IMG/VR virus record: IMGVR_UViG_3300010366_000014
Coordinates: 1 to 59,310 of that record
Strand: one strand, 5' to 3'
DNA from: a virus
Taxonomy: Duplodnaviria > Caudoviricetes
DNA length: 59,310 bases
Notes under the pieces: model-generated
What the model was told of the DNA's origin: nothing
Seen by the model: only the letters and a program-made list of their open reading frames with translations
Database searches by the model: none
In this document: positions 17,663 through 28,009 of the stretch, in pieces
Layout: each line of letters opens with the position of its first letter
Numbering within the stretch: position 1 is the stretch's first letter
Translations under genes and position numbers: made by a program

Positions 17663-18151
17663 ATGCCCGCACGCACCGTCTCACCGAACGGCACGATCAT
17701 CTCTGCCGAACAACTGATGACCCGCATCCAGGCGCGCTACGCCGGCGTCGCCTACGACGTGCCCGACTACGACACCCCGATCCGGGTGCAGGCGATCACG
17801 ATGGGCGACGAGGAGCACTGCGCCGACTACGCCCGCCAGGATGACGGCGAGCGTGACTGGGAGGCCTACGCCCGCATCTGGGTGGCCTACGGTCTCGCGG
17901 AGCCGAAGCTCTCCGAGGAACCGAACCGGATCGTCGCCGCCGAGATCGTCGCCGACATCCTCCTCGGCTTCCCGAAGGACTGGGTGGAACTGGTCTTCTA
18001 CAAATCGCTCGAGATGACGAACGAATATCGGCGGCGGCGCGCGGATCGCGAGCGTGAGCTGGCGCGCGGCGAGGCGACGGTTTTTCCGAGTCCCGATTCC
18101 GCGCCCTCGTCATCGGAGACCGGCTCGGAATCGTCTACACCAGCATCCTAG
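17663..18151 (+). CDS. Tail assembly chaperone (G)
   Basis: GGAGG RBS; lies between tail tube and tape measure genes. Confidence 0.75.
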   Translation: MPARTVSPNGTIISAEQLMTRIQARYAGVAYDVPDYDTPIRVQAITMGDEEHCADYARQDDGERDWEAYARIWVAYGLAEPKLSEEPNRIVAAEIVADILLGFPKDWVELVFYKSLEMTNEYRRRRADRERELARGEATVFPSPDSAPSSSETGSESSTPAS

Positions 18152-18411
18152 CGTTGCCGCAGTACCAGCAAGACGAGCTGTACGACTTCTATTGCCAGTT
18201 CGGGAACCACGACGAAAAGGGCCGCGTGATCGGCCTCTTCCGCGCGCGCGCCTCCGTCACCGGACTGGAGCGGGACATCTCCTGGGCCGACTTCAAGGCC
18301 GGCAGGCTGCCGGCGGAGATGCGCGCCCAGGAGGCGAAAGAGGACGCGGCCGCGCGCTCCCACCGGACGCGACAGGCCGACGCGGTCTTCGGCATGCTCC
18401 TTGGTAGGTGA
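18079..18411 (+). CDS. Tail assembly chaperone GT extension via -1 frameshift
   Basis: GGTTTTTC at 18079-18086; the -1 frame is open from here (FSESRFRALVIGDRLGIVYTSILALPQYQQDEL...) to 18411. Confidence 0.75.
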   Translation, partial: GFSESRFRALVIGDRLGIVYTSILALPQYQQDELYDFYCQFGNHDEKGRVIGLFRARASVTGLERDISWADFKAGRLPAEMRAQEAKEDAAARSHRTRQADAVFGMLLGR

Positions 18412-21400
18412 AAGTGGACGAGGATAATCTCCACATAGGCATAACTACCGACGCTGAGAAGGCGATCCAAGATCTGGATCGGCTCGATCAGAAACTGGAG
18501 GGTCTTGGCCAAAAACGGGTCAAGACACAGGTTGAGATCGACCACGAACAGGCGAAGCGCGATCTCGCGGAACTGGAGAACCTGACGGCCCGGATGCGGG
18601 CGCAAGCGGTCGGCATCGAAGTGGATGTCGTGGGCGACGCGGATCGCGACCTCCAGGCGCTGATCGATGATACGAAGTTCCTCAACGCTTCGGTTGTCAA
18701 TGTCAAGGTAGGGCTTGACACCTCGGAGGCCCGCCGCCAGCTTGCACTGTACGAGCAGGAGACGGCACGCCTCGCGCTGGAGAAGCTCGGTGTCACGGTC
18801 ACCCTGGAAGATCAGGCGTCGAAACCGCTCCACGAGATCGAGCTGAAGATCCGCGAGTTGAACGCGATGCGGGCGCGCGTCAACCTCACCGCGACGGCGG
18901 ATTCCGCCCCCGACCCGTTCGAGGGTCTGAGGCGGGAAGTGGCGGAGATCGACAACCAGACCGCGCGCATGCGGGCGCAAAAGGTCGGCCTCCAAATCGA
19001 CAACGCCCAGGCAGAGCGCTCGCTTCAGGAGGTGCAGCTCGACACCCAGAAGGTCAACGCGCTCGTGGCCCAGAAGCGCGCGCTCGAGATCGACACCACC
19101 CAGGCCAGCGAAGGCCTCGGCCAGACGTTGCAGCGCCTCCAGGCGATCGTCGCCTATTCCGCCGGCTATCAGGCGTTCCACGCGATCGAGCAGGGCGCAC
19201 AGGCCGCGATGGGCGCGATCATCGGCTTCAACGACACCCTCGAGCGCACCCAGATCGCCTTCACCCAGATGCTCGGCTCATCGTCGGCCGCGACGGATAT
19301 GCTCGCCCAGCTCAAGCAGTTCGCCATCTCGACCCCGTTCCAGTTCGATGGGCTGACCCAGAGCGCCCAGCAACTGATGGCGATGGGCGTGGCCGCGCGC
19401 GACGTGATCCCCGACCTGACCGCGATCGGCGACGCGGTGGCCGGCGTCGCGGGCGATCAGGAGGTGCTGAACCGGGTTGTCCTGGCCTTCGGGCAGATCT
19501 CCGCCGCCGGCAAAGCCACGGCCCAGGATCTGCGCCAGCTCACCCAGGCCGGCATCCCCGCCTACGAGATGCTGGCCAAAGCCCTCGGCACCGATGTGGC
19601 CGGCGCGATGAAGCAAGTGACGGCCGGCGCGGTCGATAGTCAGACGGCGATCGACGCACTGATCTCGGGCATCGAGGAGCGCTCCGGTGGCCTGATGAAG
19701 GCCCAAATGGGCACCCTGCAAGGCCAGCTCTCGAACCTCAAAGACACGATGCAGCAGGAGCTTGCCGACCTGGGCAAGCCGATCTTCGAGAGCGTCAAGC
19801 AGCTCGTCGCCGGCCTCGGCGAAGGCCTCTCCTCCGAGAAGTTTAAAGCAGTCGCCACTGACATTATTCAGGTGGTGGAGGAGCTGCTCGGTGCCTTCAC
19901 GAAGCTGGCCGAGTTCCTGGCCAATGTGCCGACGGGCCTGATCGAGTGGGGCATCCGGGCGGCCGAGGTCGCCGTCGGCCTGCGCGCGATCAACACCGTC
20001 GTCGGCGGGGTCCAGACCGCGCTGCGCGCCACGGCCACCTTCTTCGCGCTGGAGACGGCCGCGACGAAGGCCGACACCGTCGCCACCGAAGAGAACACGA
20101 TCGCCCACGTCGCCAACGCGGCCTCGCGCCAGAGCATCACCATGGGCGGCGCGATCGGCGCGCCGATCCAGTCCGCCGTCACCGCGACCCGGGGCGGGCT
20201 GGCTGCGGGCACGGCCACGGCCGCAGAGGCGGCGGGTGCCCTGGCGATGCCCGTCACCGTGGCGGCCACGGTCCTCTTCGTCTCCGCCGCGATCGGCGAC
20301 CAGATCCAGCAGCACCTGAATAAGGAAGCGGCCAAAGCGCACGAGCAGCTCCGCGACCAGCAACTGAACTTCGAGGTGAGTGCCGCGCTCAATGTCGCGG
20401 GCGTCGATAGCGTGACGGCCGAATACGAGAAGCTCGGCCGGCAGATCCAGCAGACGACGGATATGCAGAAGGCCTTCGCGCAATCCTCGAGCGGGCTGGC
20501 GAACGCGGTCGCCCCGGGGCTGACCGGTGACATCAACGCGCTGAAGGCGGCCCAGGCACAGGTCGATCCGAACTATCTCCAGCGGCAGGCCGATGAAGGC
20601 TTGCAGAAGATGATGGATCAGGCCAAGCGCTCCGTGGAGGACATTCACGGCAAGGGGTCCACCGAGGAGATCGCGAAGAACGCGCAAGCGGCGAAAGACG
20701 CCATCCTCGGCATGGGCACGGCCTATGTGATGGCGCACGGTGATATTGAGGAGTTCACGAAAGCGGTCATCGCCTTCAATCAGGCGATTGACGATCAGAC
20801 CATTGCCAGCCAGAAGCGTCTCGTCCAGCAACAGCAACAGCATGACCAGATGGTCAAGGACGCGGCGGAGATCGCCAAGGAAGCGAGCGCCACCGGTCTG
20901 GCGCAGCCGGTCGATGTCATGGCAGGCCTCGAGGGCACCGATAAGGCGAGTGCCGACCAGATCAAGCTGATCAAGGATCACTATTCCCAGCTCGAACAGG
21001 AACAAAAGGATGCGCAGCAGCGCATCTTGGAGAGCGCGCGCAAGTTCGATCAGGATCTTTCCCAGGCCGTCCAGCAGGCGCAGCAAGCGGTCGGGCGTGT
21101 CGATCTCTCAAAGGGTCTGACCGGCCTCGCCAATGTCGCGCCCGATCTCCAGAAGGCCCAGGAGGCGCTCTCCGAGCTGGGTCGTAGCTCGGGCGCGCTC
21201 GACAACCTGACGGCGATCGCCAGCTCATTCCAGGCGATCACGGACGCGGAGCACGATGCCAGCGAGGCCTTCGATGGCTACCTGACCCTCTTCGATGAGA
21301 CCGATCGCCGCATCAAGGTGCTGGACGATCTGAAGAAGAAACTGGACGATCAGGTCAAGGCCGCGCAGGATGCGCAGAAGATCGGCACGGCCACCCCCGA

Positions 21401-24400
21401 ACAAACCGAGCTACTCGGCAAGGCCGCGACGGCCTACGCGAATATCGACGCGATCCGGGGCCGCTTGCAGAACAATCAGATCCAAGACCTTTTCGGCATG
21501 GGCCAGAACGTCGAGGATCTCCTCACGGCCGACAACACGATGCGCTCGATCGCGAGCCAGTACGGCTCGATGAAAGACATGCGCATCACGGTCGAGACGA
21601 ACGTCAAGCAAGTCGAATCCGATCTCGACGCGCTGACGAACAAGCCCCGCACCGTCTATCTCGATGTCAAGACGCGCGGCGGCACCGGTGGCCCGGGCAT
21701 CGACTACGCCGGTGGCGGCGATTACGGCGGCACCGGCTCGGGTTTCGATCCCTACGGCTATGCGCGCCAGATGCTCGGTGCCGGGGTCGGCGGCAACACG
21801 GCGACTCCGCGCGGCGACGCCACCGCGCTCAAGCAGTACTACGACATCATCCAGCAGGCCGCGAGCACCTACCACGTCGATCCGACCCTGATCGGCGCGA
21901 TCATCATGCACGAATCGGGCGGCACGGCCGGCGCGGTGCAGCAGGGCGGCCTCGGCCGTGGCCTGATGCAGGTTGATCTCGGCCAGCACCCGGGAGAGAA
22001 CGAGACCCTCCTCACCGGCACCACCCGCGAGGCCGTCACCTATCAGATCATGGAGGGCGCGAAAATCCTCGCGCAGAGCCTCGCTGCGGCCGGAGGCGAC
22101 ATCGCCAAGGGCATCCAGGGATACGCTGGCAGCGCCTACGTCTCCCAGGCGAATCAGGAGTTCGGCGTCCCCGCCGGCCTCTCCTTCTCCCAGGAGCTGA
22201 GCGGCTACTACACCGGCCCGGTCGGCAATGTCTTCGCCGGTGGTGGTGGCGGCGGCGGCGCAACGACGAACGTGTCGCCGCAGCTCCCCCAGGTCAACCG
22301 GGTCTCGCTCACCCAGCCAACATCCAACCCGCTTGCGGGCAGCAACATCAACGTCGCCGCGATGCGCAAGCGCGCGCAGGAGCTGGCCGGCCAAGCGTAT
22401 GTCTACGGCGGCGGCCACAGCGCCGGCGACACCGGCGGCTTCGACTGCTCCGGCTACGTCGCCGAAGTGATGCGCGCCGGTGGCATCAACGTCCCCTGGA
22501 CCGACGCGGGCGGACTCTACAAGTGGGCGCAGACGAGCGAGGGGCAGGCGGCGCTCGCGGCCGCCGGGATCCAGCTCGGCTTCTATAACCCGGGCGCGGG
22601 CGGCATGAACGAGCACGTCGCCATCAATGTCGGCGGCGACTGGTTCGAGTCCGGCGGCATGCGCGGCGACACCAGCGGTCCCAGCCCGAACGCGGCGCAG
22701 GGACTCAACACCTTCGTCGGCACGCCGCGCGCGCTCGGCGGCGGGGGCGGCGGGGTCGCCGGCCTCCAGACCACCGGTGGCGGCGGCGCGGCCGGTCCGT
22801 TCGGTACGACCAACATCTTTGCCGAGAGCGCCGACTCGATCGCGGCCGCGACGCGCGCCGCCGAGGCGCAGGGCAAGCTCCAGTCCGCGATCGACGGTGC
22901 GAAAAATGCCCAGCAGGCGTTCAACGATTCGCTCAAGAACGTCGATCCCCGGAATGTTGCGAACATCACCGAACAGTTCTCGAAGCTCCTGCCGGTCATG
23001 CAAAAGGCCGAGCAGACGAAGCTGCCCGATAACGCCACTGCCCTGGAAAAGCAGACGGCGATTATGACGGCCTACCAGAAGACCTACGAGGGCGCGCGCC
23101 TCTGGGGTGAAGCGATCACCGAGATCGATACCGGCACCGGTGACCTCGCCGCCACCGAGCAGAAAATTGCCGAGACGATCGGCGGCCCCGTCAGCGACGC
23201 GATGAAGGCCCAGCTCGACATCATGAAGGAGCAAAAGGCGACCGCTGACCAGATCGCCATGCTCACCCAGCGCAAATCGGATCTGGAGACCCAGTACAAA
23301 CAGATACAGCAGGGCGAACAGGACGCGGACCGGCAACGACAGCGCGACCAGCAGCTCCAGCAGCGCCAGCAGCAGGATGCCGACACCCAGCGGCAGCGAT
23401 CCCGCACGCTCGAGCAGCGGCAGATCGAGGATTCCCGCACGGCCGCCAACCGGCAGTATCAGGCGGAGACGGACGCGATCCAGAATGCCGATCGGCTCCG
23501 ACAGGTCGCGCACCAGAACGCGATGCGCGGCATCGAGGATCGTACCAACGCCGAAAATGATGGCTGGACGCAACGGTCCCGCCAGCTCCAGCAGCAGCAG
23601 GAGCAGCTCCAGCACTACGGCACGCTCCAGAAGCAGCAGCTCCAAGACGCCCAGAAGGCACGGGACGAGGCGCATACGGCCGATGAGCGCCAGCGATCGG
23701 CGCAGGGTCAGCTCTATTCCGTCTCGGCCCGGGTCTCGACCACCGAGACCTCCGCCCTCTACTGGGGCGCGGCGGCCTCGGCGCTCAAGGATCTCCAGAC
23801 CACCGCTGACGAGCTTTACCAGAATCAAACGGACGACAATAAAAAGTTACAGGATGAACAGGATCGCGCGGCCGCCGAGCAGCTCTACCAGCTCCAGCAA
23901 CAGGTGGAGGCGGAGCAGAATGCCCATGAGGATCGGCTGAAGGCGATCGAAAAAGAGAGTACAACGCTCCAGCGAAACTATGAGGACGAGACGAATCGTC
24001 TCACTGAGGAAGCAGACATCCGGCAGAAGACCCATCAGATGCAGATGGATCTCTGGCAGGATGAGGACACGGCGCGGCAACGTGCCTACGAGGACGAGCA
24101 GTTCAATATCGAGCAGACCCGCCAGCAGCAGCAGCGGGCGAACGAAGACCAGCAATACGCGCTGGAGCAATCCCGCATCGCGGAGCAGCGGCAATATGAG
24201 CAGGCGCTGCAATCGATTGACGATGAAATCACGGCCCAGAAAGCACTCGCCCAGGAAGAGCAAAACCGGCTCGACGGGGCGCAGCGCGCGCTCTCGCTCT
24301 GGCAGCAGGCGGACAATGCCGTCGGCGATGCCGCGCAGACCCTGCTCGACGCCCTCGGCTCGATCGGCGGCCTGGGCACCCCGACGCACAAGGCCACGGG

Positions 24401-24743
24401 CGGCACGGTGGGCGGCACGGCGATCGTCGGCGACTCACCGGGCGGCGACCTTTCGACGGCCGAGGTCGTGACGGGGAACTTCAACGTCATCCCGCACGAT
24501 CAGGCGGCGGCCTTGGGCTACATCCCGGGCGGCGGCATGGGCCGCTACCTCACCGGCGGCCAGGGCAACGGCGGCGACTCGTACACGCTGAACTTCAATG
24601 CCTCGGGCAACCGGGACAGCGATCAGGAGATGTTCGCCAAGCTCACCGAGTGGGTGGAGCAGCGCCAGCGTGCCAGTGACATCACCATCCGGCGCAACAG
24701 CCTGAGCGCGCGCTCCGCCGCGCAGGGCGGGCCGCGCTACTAA
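18408..24743 (+). CDS. Tape measure protein with lytic transglycosylase and NlpC/P60 domains
   Basis: 2111 aa; AFTQMLGS/FAISTPFQF tape-measure motif; SLT motifs IMHESGG and GLMQV; NlpC motifs YVYGG, GFDCSGYV, EHVAI. Confidence 0.95.
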   Translation: MKVDEDNLHIGITTDAEKAIQDLDRLDQKLEGLGQKRVKTQVEIDHEQAKRDLAELENLTARMRAQAVGIEVDVVGDADRDLQALIDDTKFLNASVVNVKVGLDTSEARRQLALYEQETARLALEKLGVTVTLEDQASKPLHEIELKIRELNAMRARVNLTATADSAPDPFEGLRREVAEIDNQTARMRAQKVGLQIDNAQAERSLQEVQLDTQKVNALVAQKRALEIDTTQASEGLGQTLQRLQAIVAYSAGYQAFHAIEQGAQAAMGAIIGFNDTLERTQIAFTQMLGSSSAATDMLAQLKQFAISTPFQFDGLTQSAQQLMAMGVAARDVIPDLTAIGDAVAGVAGDQEVLNRVVLAFGQISAAGKATAQDLRQLTQAGIPAYEMLAKALGTDVAGAMKQVTAGAVDSQTAIDALISGIEERSGGLMKAQMGTLQGQLSNLKDTMQQELADLGKPIFESVKQLVAGLGEGLSSEKFKAVATDIIQVVEELLGAFTKLAEFLANVPTGLIEWGIRAAEVAVGLRAINTVVGGVQTALRATATFFALETAATKADTVATEENTIAHVANAASRQSITMGGAIGAPIQSAVTATRGGLAAGTATAAEAAGALAMPVTVAATVLFVSAAIGDQIQQHLNKEAAKAHEQLRDQQLNFEVSAALNVAGVDSVTAEYEKLGRQIQQTTDMQKAFAQSSSGLANAVAPGLTGDINALKAAQAQVDPNYLQRQADEGLQKMMDQAKRSVEDIHGKGSTEEIAKNAQAAKDAILGMGTAYVMAHGDIEEFTKAVIAFNQAIDDQTIASQKRLVQQQQQHDQMVKDAAEIAKEASATGLAQPVDVMAGLEGTDKASADQIKLIKDHYSQLEQEQKDAQQRILESARKFDQDLSQAVQQAQQAVGRVDLSKGLTGLANVAPDLQKAQEALSELGRSSGALDNLTAIASSFQAITDAEHDASEAFDGYLTLFDETDRRIKVLDDLKKKLDDQVKAAQDAQKIGTATPEQTELLGKAATAYANIDAIRGRLQNNQIQDLFGMGQNVEDLLTADNTMRSIASQYGSMKDMRITVETNVKQVESDLDALTNKPRTVYLDVKTRGGTGGPGIDYAGGGDYGGTGSGFDPYGYARQMLGAGVGGNTATPRGDATALKQYYDIIQQAASTYHVDPTLIGAIIMHESGGTAGAVQQGGLGRGLMQVDLGQHPGENETLLTGTTREAVTYQIMEGAKILAQSLAAAGGDIAKGIQGYAGSAYVSQANQEFGVPAGLSFSQELSGYYTGPVGNVFAGGGGGGGATTNVSPQLPQVNRVSLTQPTSNPLAGSNINVAAMRKRAQELAGQAYVYGGGHSAGDTGGFDCSGYVAEVMRAGGINVPWTDAGGLYKWAQTSEGQAALAAAGIQLGFYNPGAGGMNEHVAINVGGDWFESGGMRGDTSGPSPNAAQGLNTFVGTPRALGGGGGGVAGLQTTGGGGAAGPFGTTNIFAESADSIAAATRAAEAQGKLQSAIDGAKNAQQAFNDSLKNVDPRNVANITEQFSKLLPVMQKAEQTKLPDNATALEKQTAIMTAYQKTYEGARLWGEAITEIDTGTGDLAATEQKIAETIGGPVSDAMKAQLDIMKEQKATADQIAMLTQRKSDLETQYKQIQQGEQDADRQRQRDQQLQQRQQQDADTQRQRSRTLEQRQIEDSRTAANRQYQAETDAIQNADRLRQVAHQNAMRGIEDRTNAENDGWTQRSRQLQQQQEQLQHYGTLQKQQLQDAQKARDEAHTADERQRSAQGQLYSVSARVSTTETSALYWGAAASALKDLQTTADELYQNQTDDNKKLQDEQDRAAAEQLYQLQQQVEAEQNAHEDRLKAIEKESTTLQRNYEDETNRLTEEADIRQKTHQMQMDLWQDEDTARQRAYEDEQFNIEQTRQQQQRANEDQQYALEQSRIAEQRQYEQALQSIDDEITAQKALAQEEQNRLDGAQRALSLWQQADNAVGDAAQTLLDALGSIGGLGTPTHKATGGTVGGTAIVGDSPGGDLSTAEVVTGNFNVIPHDQAAALGYIPGGGMGRYLTGGQGNGGDSYTLNFNASGNRDSDQEMFAKLTEWVEQRQRASDITIRRNSLSARSAAQGGPRY

Positions 24744-24747
24744 GGAG

Positions 24748-25731
24748 GTGGTCGTGTACCTCGACTATGCCGTTCACCCGACCACCCGGGCGATCTACAC
24801 CTTCCCGAAGCGGCAGGCGGACCTGACGGTGGCGAACAACCGCCGCAACAGCACGTTCATCGTGCCGGGTGGCGGCGGACCGATCAACCCGAAAGGCCTC
24901 AACCCCTTCGATCGCGAGCCGAACATCATCACCTACCAGTTCCAGCTCAACCCGCTCGGCGATCGCGCCCACGGCACGGTGGACGATCAGCGCGAGTCCT
25001 TCCTGCGCGCCGTCGATCACGGCGTGCCGCAGACGCTCGCATTCCGGGCCGATGACGGCACCGCGTGGTTCGCCACCTGTGCCCTCGTCGGCGACCCGCA
25101 CCACCAGACGGCATTCAGTAACGCCAACCACGTGATCGAGGCGAGCTGGGTGATGCTGGCGGACTTCCTGCGCTCGCCGGCGACCCCGGGCACCTCCGTC
25201 TATGGCCAGCACATCAAGTACGGCAAGCCGGCCAACGCTATCTACGACTCCGGCCGGCAGCAATGGTACGGCGGCACGCCGGACGGCATCCACGGCAAAT
25301 ACGGGGCGAACGCGATCAAGCTGGCGCTGAGCGGGCAATGGAACACGCTGCTCTTGGACAACACGACGCTGGGCGCGACGGCACCGACGACCGACCCGAT
25401 CATCACGATCAAGGGGAACTTCGGCTCGACGGGCGCGGCGACGGGCGACCCGACCTGTGTCACGTGCCAGGAGAGCAACACCGGCTTCACGATCCCGTTT
25501 GTGATCGGCCCGAACGACACCCTCGAGGTCAATCTGGCCGCGCGCCGCGTGCTGCTGAACAACCAGCCGGTGTTCGGCAAGATCGCGAAGACGAACCCGG
25601 CCGCCAACGCCTACCTCGCGATCCTGCCCGACATCATCAACACCGTGCAGGTTTTCTGGCGCACCGGTCCGGCCTCCGGCACCCAGAACGGGCAGGCCTC
25701 ATTCAACTGGCAACCGAAGCGGACGTTGTAG
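24748..25731 (+). CDS. Distal tail (Dit)-like protein
   Basis: Follows tape measure; PIITIKG...TLEVNL...ILPDIINTV. Confidence 0.7.
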   Translation: MVVYLDYAVHPTTRAIYTFPKRQADLTVANNRRNSTFIVPGGGGPINPKGLNPFDREPNIITYQFQLNPLGDRAHGTVDDQRESFLRAVDHGVPQTLAFRADDGTAWFATCALVGDPHHQTAFSNANHVIEASWVMLADFLRSPATPGTSVYGQHIKYGKPANAIYDSGRQQWYGGTPDGIHGKYGANAIKLALSGQWNTLLLDNTTLGATAPTTDPIITIKGNFGSTGAATGDPTCVTCQESNTGFTIPFVIGPNDTLEVNLAARRVLLNNQPVFGKIAKTNPAANAYLAILPDIINTVQVFWRTGPASGTQNGQASFNWQPKRTL

Positions 25732-25743
25732 AAGGAGATCCAC

Positions 25744-27996
25744 ATGCCGGTCCCCATTCTGCCCGTGCCCGTCGATGATCAGGACTGGGTCACCGAGGCG
25801 AGCATTTTCAACCCGATGGACGGCATCCGGCTGGCGATCAACTCCCACATGGGTGGCGCGGTCACCGGCACGAACTACTCCGACCGGCACAACCACAGCC
25901 ATATCGATGTCGGCTCATTGCCGGAGACGGCCGGGGCGGGCACGCAAGCGCCGGCGAACCAGGGGGTCTACAACGACCAGACCTACATGCTGCTCTCGAA
26001 GTGGCTCGGCTACGCCCCGAGCGGCTTCGTCGCCAAGATCGCCCAGGTGGGCACGAACACCTATAGCTGGCTGGTGGCCTTTGCGAAGAACCACACCCAT
26101 CAGGATGCGAACAACGGCGGCCAGCTCAACTGGGCCTACACGCACCTCAATGGCAGCGGCAACATGTCGCCGCCGGCGGACGCGGACACCTCGGCCGCAG
26201 CGGTCCACCACACGCTCGGGACGGGCGCGAATCAGGCGGCCGCCGGGAACCATCTCCACACCGGCGTCTACGCACCGGTGGGCGGCGCGGGCACGTCCGG
26301 CACGTGGCCGATCAGCGTCTCGGGCAACGCGGCCACCGCGAGCACGGCCGCCGCCATCAGTGCGAACGGCGTCAGCACCGCGTCACTTCAGGATGGCGCG
26401 GTGACCTCGGCGAAGATCCAAGACGGCACCATCGTTGGCACCGACATCGCGCCGAACACGATCACCTCCGGCAACATCCTCGACGGCACGATCACCGGCA
26501 CGGACATCGCGCCGAGCACGATCACCTCGGCCAATATTCTCGATGGGACGATCGTCGCGGCGGACCTCGCCGACGGATCGATTCTCTCGACCAAGCAGGC
26601 GGCCGGCCGCGTGATCGCCAAGGGCAGCCTGCTCGTGGACATCAACGGCTTCATGGACTACCCGCTCGATTTCAGCCGCTTCATCAGCTACGCGGGTCAG
26701 CTCAACTATGACCTCTCCAGCTACGTCCCGGGGGTGACCAATAACCGTCACTACATCCTGATCGCGCTGGACGTGAATGGCCTGATCGCGGTCAAGAGCG
26801 GCAACCTGACGACCGGGACGGCCGTGGAGCCGGCACCGGACGCGGACACCACACCGCTGGCGGCGATCCTCCTCCAGTTCGGGCAGACCTCCATCGACCA
26901 GACACAGGTGCTGGATCGGCGCGCCAGCCTCCGGCGCGTCGGGGCGACGGCCGGTGGTGGTGGCGGCTCGGGCGGCGCGCCGGCGGACGGCCAGTACTTC
27001 ACCTATGCGACCAACTCGAGCATGACGAAGGAAATGGTGCTCTCGACGTGGCTCGATGGCACGACGAACACCGCGCCGGACGGCACGGACCTGTCGAGCT
27101 GGCGCATCTCTCCGGCGCGCGTCGTGCGCGGCGTGACCAACTCCGCAACCCTGGCCGATTACGTCAATAACTCGATCGCCGGTCCGTATCTCGGATCGCT
27201 CAAGCCGAACGGCACCTATTGCATGGTGGACATCAGCCAGGGGCCGCTCTTCATTGACGGCGGTTCCTTAGGTGCCCGGATGCTCGGCAGCGCGCAGACC
27301 GGGGGCATTTCGCAGATTTCCACGGCCACGGGCGGCGCGGGCACGAACGGGCAGGCGTCCGCGAGCGGCAGCGGCACGAGCGTCTGGGCCGTCTGTGCCG
27401 ACTTCACGGTGCCCCTGGCGACATGGAACGCGGGCGGCGCGGTGATCACCCTCGTCAACCCGGTCTACTCGCCGGGGCCGGGGCTGGTCGTCCTCGGTCG
27501 CGCGATCTTCTCCGGGCCGAACAATGCCTTTGTCTATGTCTCGCACTCCGCGCACGGCGTCCTTCCCGGTGACCGACTCAGTCAGATGACCTTCTGCACG
27601 CCGTACGCCTTCGGCAACTTCCTGACGACCACAGCCTCGATCATCAACTCCTCGATGGGCGACTACTACTTCTACAACGCCGTGCCCGTGAAGGGTGAGA
27701 TCGTCCTCCAGGCCAACTTTGTCACCGGGGCGGCGGGCGCGACGAGCTTCGGGATGGGCCTCGGCGTGGACGGCACGCTCGTCAACCCGCAGCTCTCCTG
27801 GGCGGCGCAGCAGGCCGCGCAGACGATCCAGACCTACACCCTCCATGTCCCGTTTGAGGCGGCGACCAATAACGTCCTCCAGCCGGGGCTGCATCGGTTC
27901 ACCTTTTTCCAGCTCATCTCACAGTACAGCGTGATGCCGAGCTATCAGTATTGCTTCCTGCGCGGCTCATTCTCCGCAGCGGGCGTGCTGCCGTAA
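25744..27996 (+). CDS. Tail fibre/minor tail protein
   Basis: HHTLGTGANQAAAGNHLH motif and tandem D(G/N)TI(T/V)xx(D/N)I 10-aa repeats. Confidence 0.8.
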   Translation: MPVPILPVPVDDQDWVTEASIFNPMDGIRLAINSHMGGAVTGTNYSDRHNHSHIDVGSLPETAGAGTQAPANQGVYNDQTYMLLSKWLGYAPSGFVAKIAQVGTNTYSWLVAFAKNHTHQDANNGGQLNWAYTHLNGSGNMSPPADADTSAAAVHHTLGTGANQAAAGNHLHTGVYAPVGGAGTSGTWPISVSGNAATASTAAAISANGVSTASLQDGAVTSAKIQDGTIVGTDIAPNTITSGNILDGTITGTDIAPSTITSANILDGTIVAADLADGSILSTKQAAGRVIAKGSLLVDINGFMDYPLDFSRFISYAGQLNYDLSSYVPGVTNNRHYILIALDVNGLIAVKSGNLTTGTAVEPAPDADTTPLAAILLQFGQTSIDQTQVLDRRASLRRVGATAGGGGGSGGAPADGQYFTYATNSSMTKEMVLSTWLDGTTNTAPDGTDLSSWRISPARVVRGVTNSATLADYVNNSIAGPYLGSLKPNGTYCMVDISQGPLFIDGGSLGARMLGSAQTGGISQISTATGGAGTNGQASASGSGTSVWAVCADFTVPLATWNAGGAVITLVNPVYSPGPGLVVLGRAIFSGPNNAFVYVSHSAHGVLPGDRLSQMTFCTPYAFGNFLTTTASIINSSMGDYYFYNAVPVKGEIVLQANFVTGAAGATSFGMGLGVDGTLVNPQLSWAAQQAAQTIQTYTLHVPFEAATNNVLQPGLHRFTFFQLISQYSVMPSYQYCFLRGSFSAAGVLP

Positions 27997-28009
27997 CGGG
28001 AGGAACGCC

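Noticed and set aside
26380-26590. Tandem repeats in the tail fibre as a DGR template/variable pair
   Set aside because: In-frame 10-aa structural repeats; no reverse transcriptase or adenine-specific mismatches seen.
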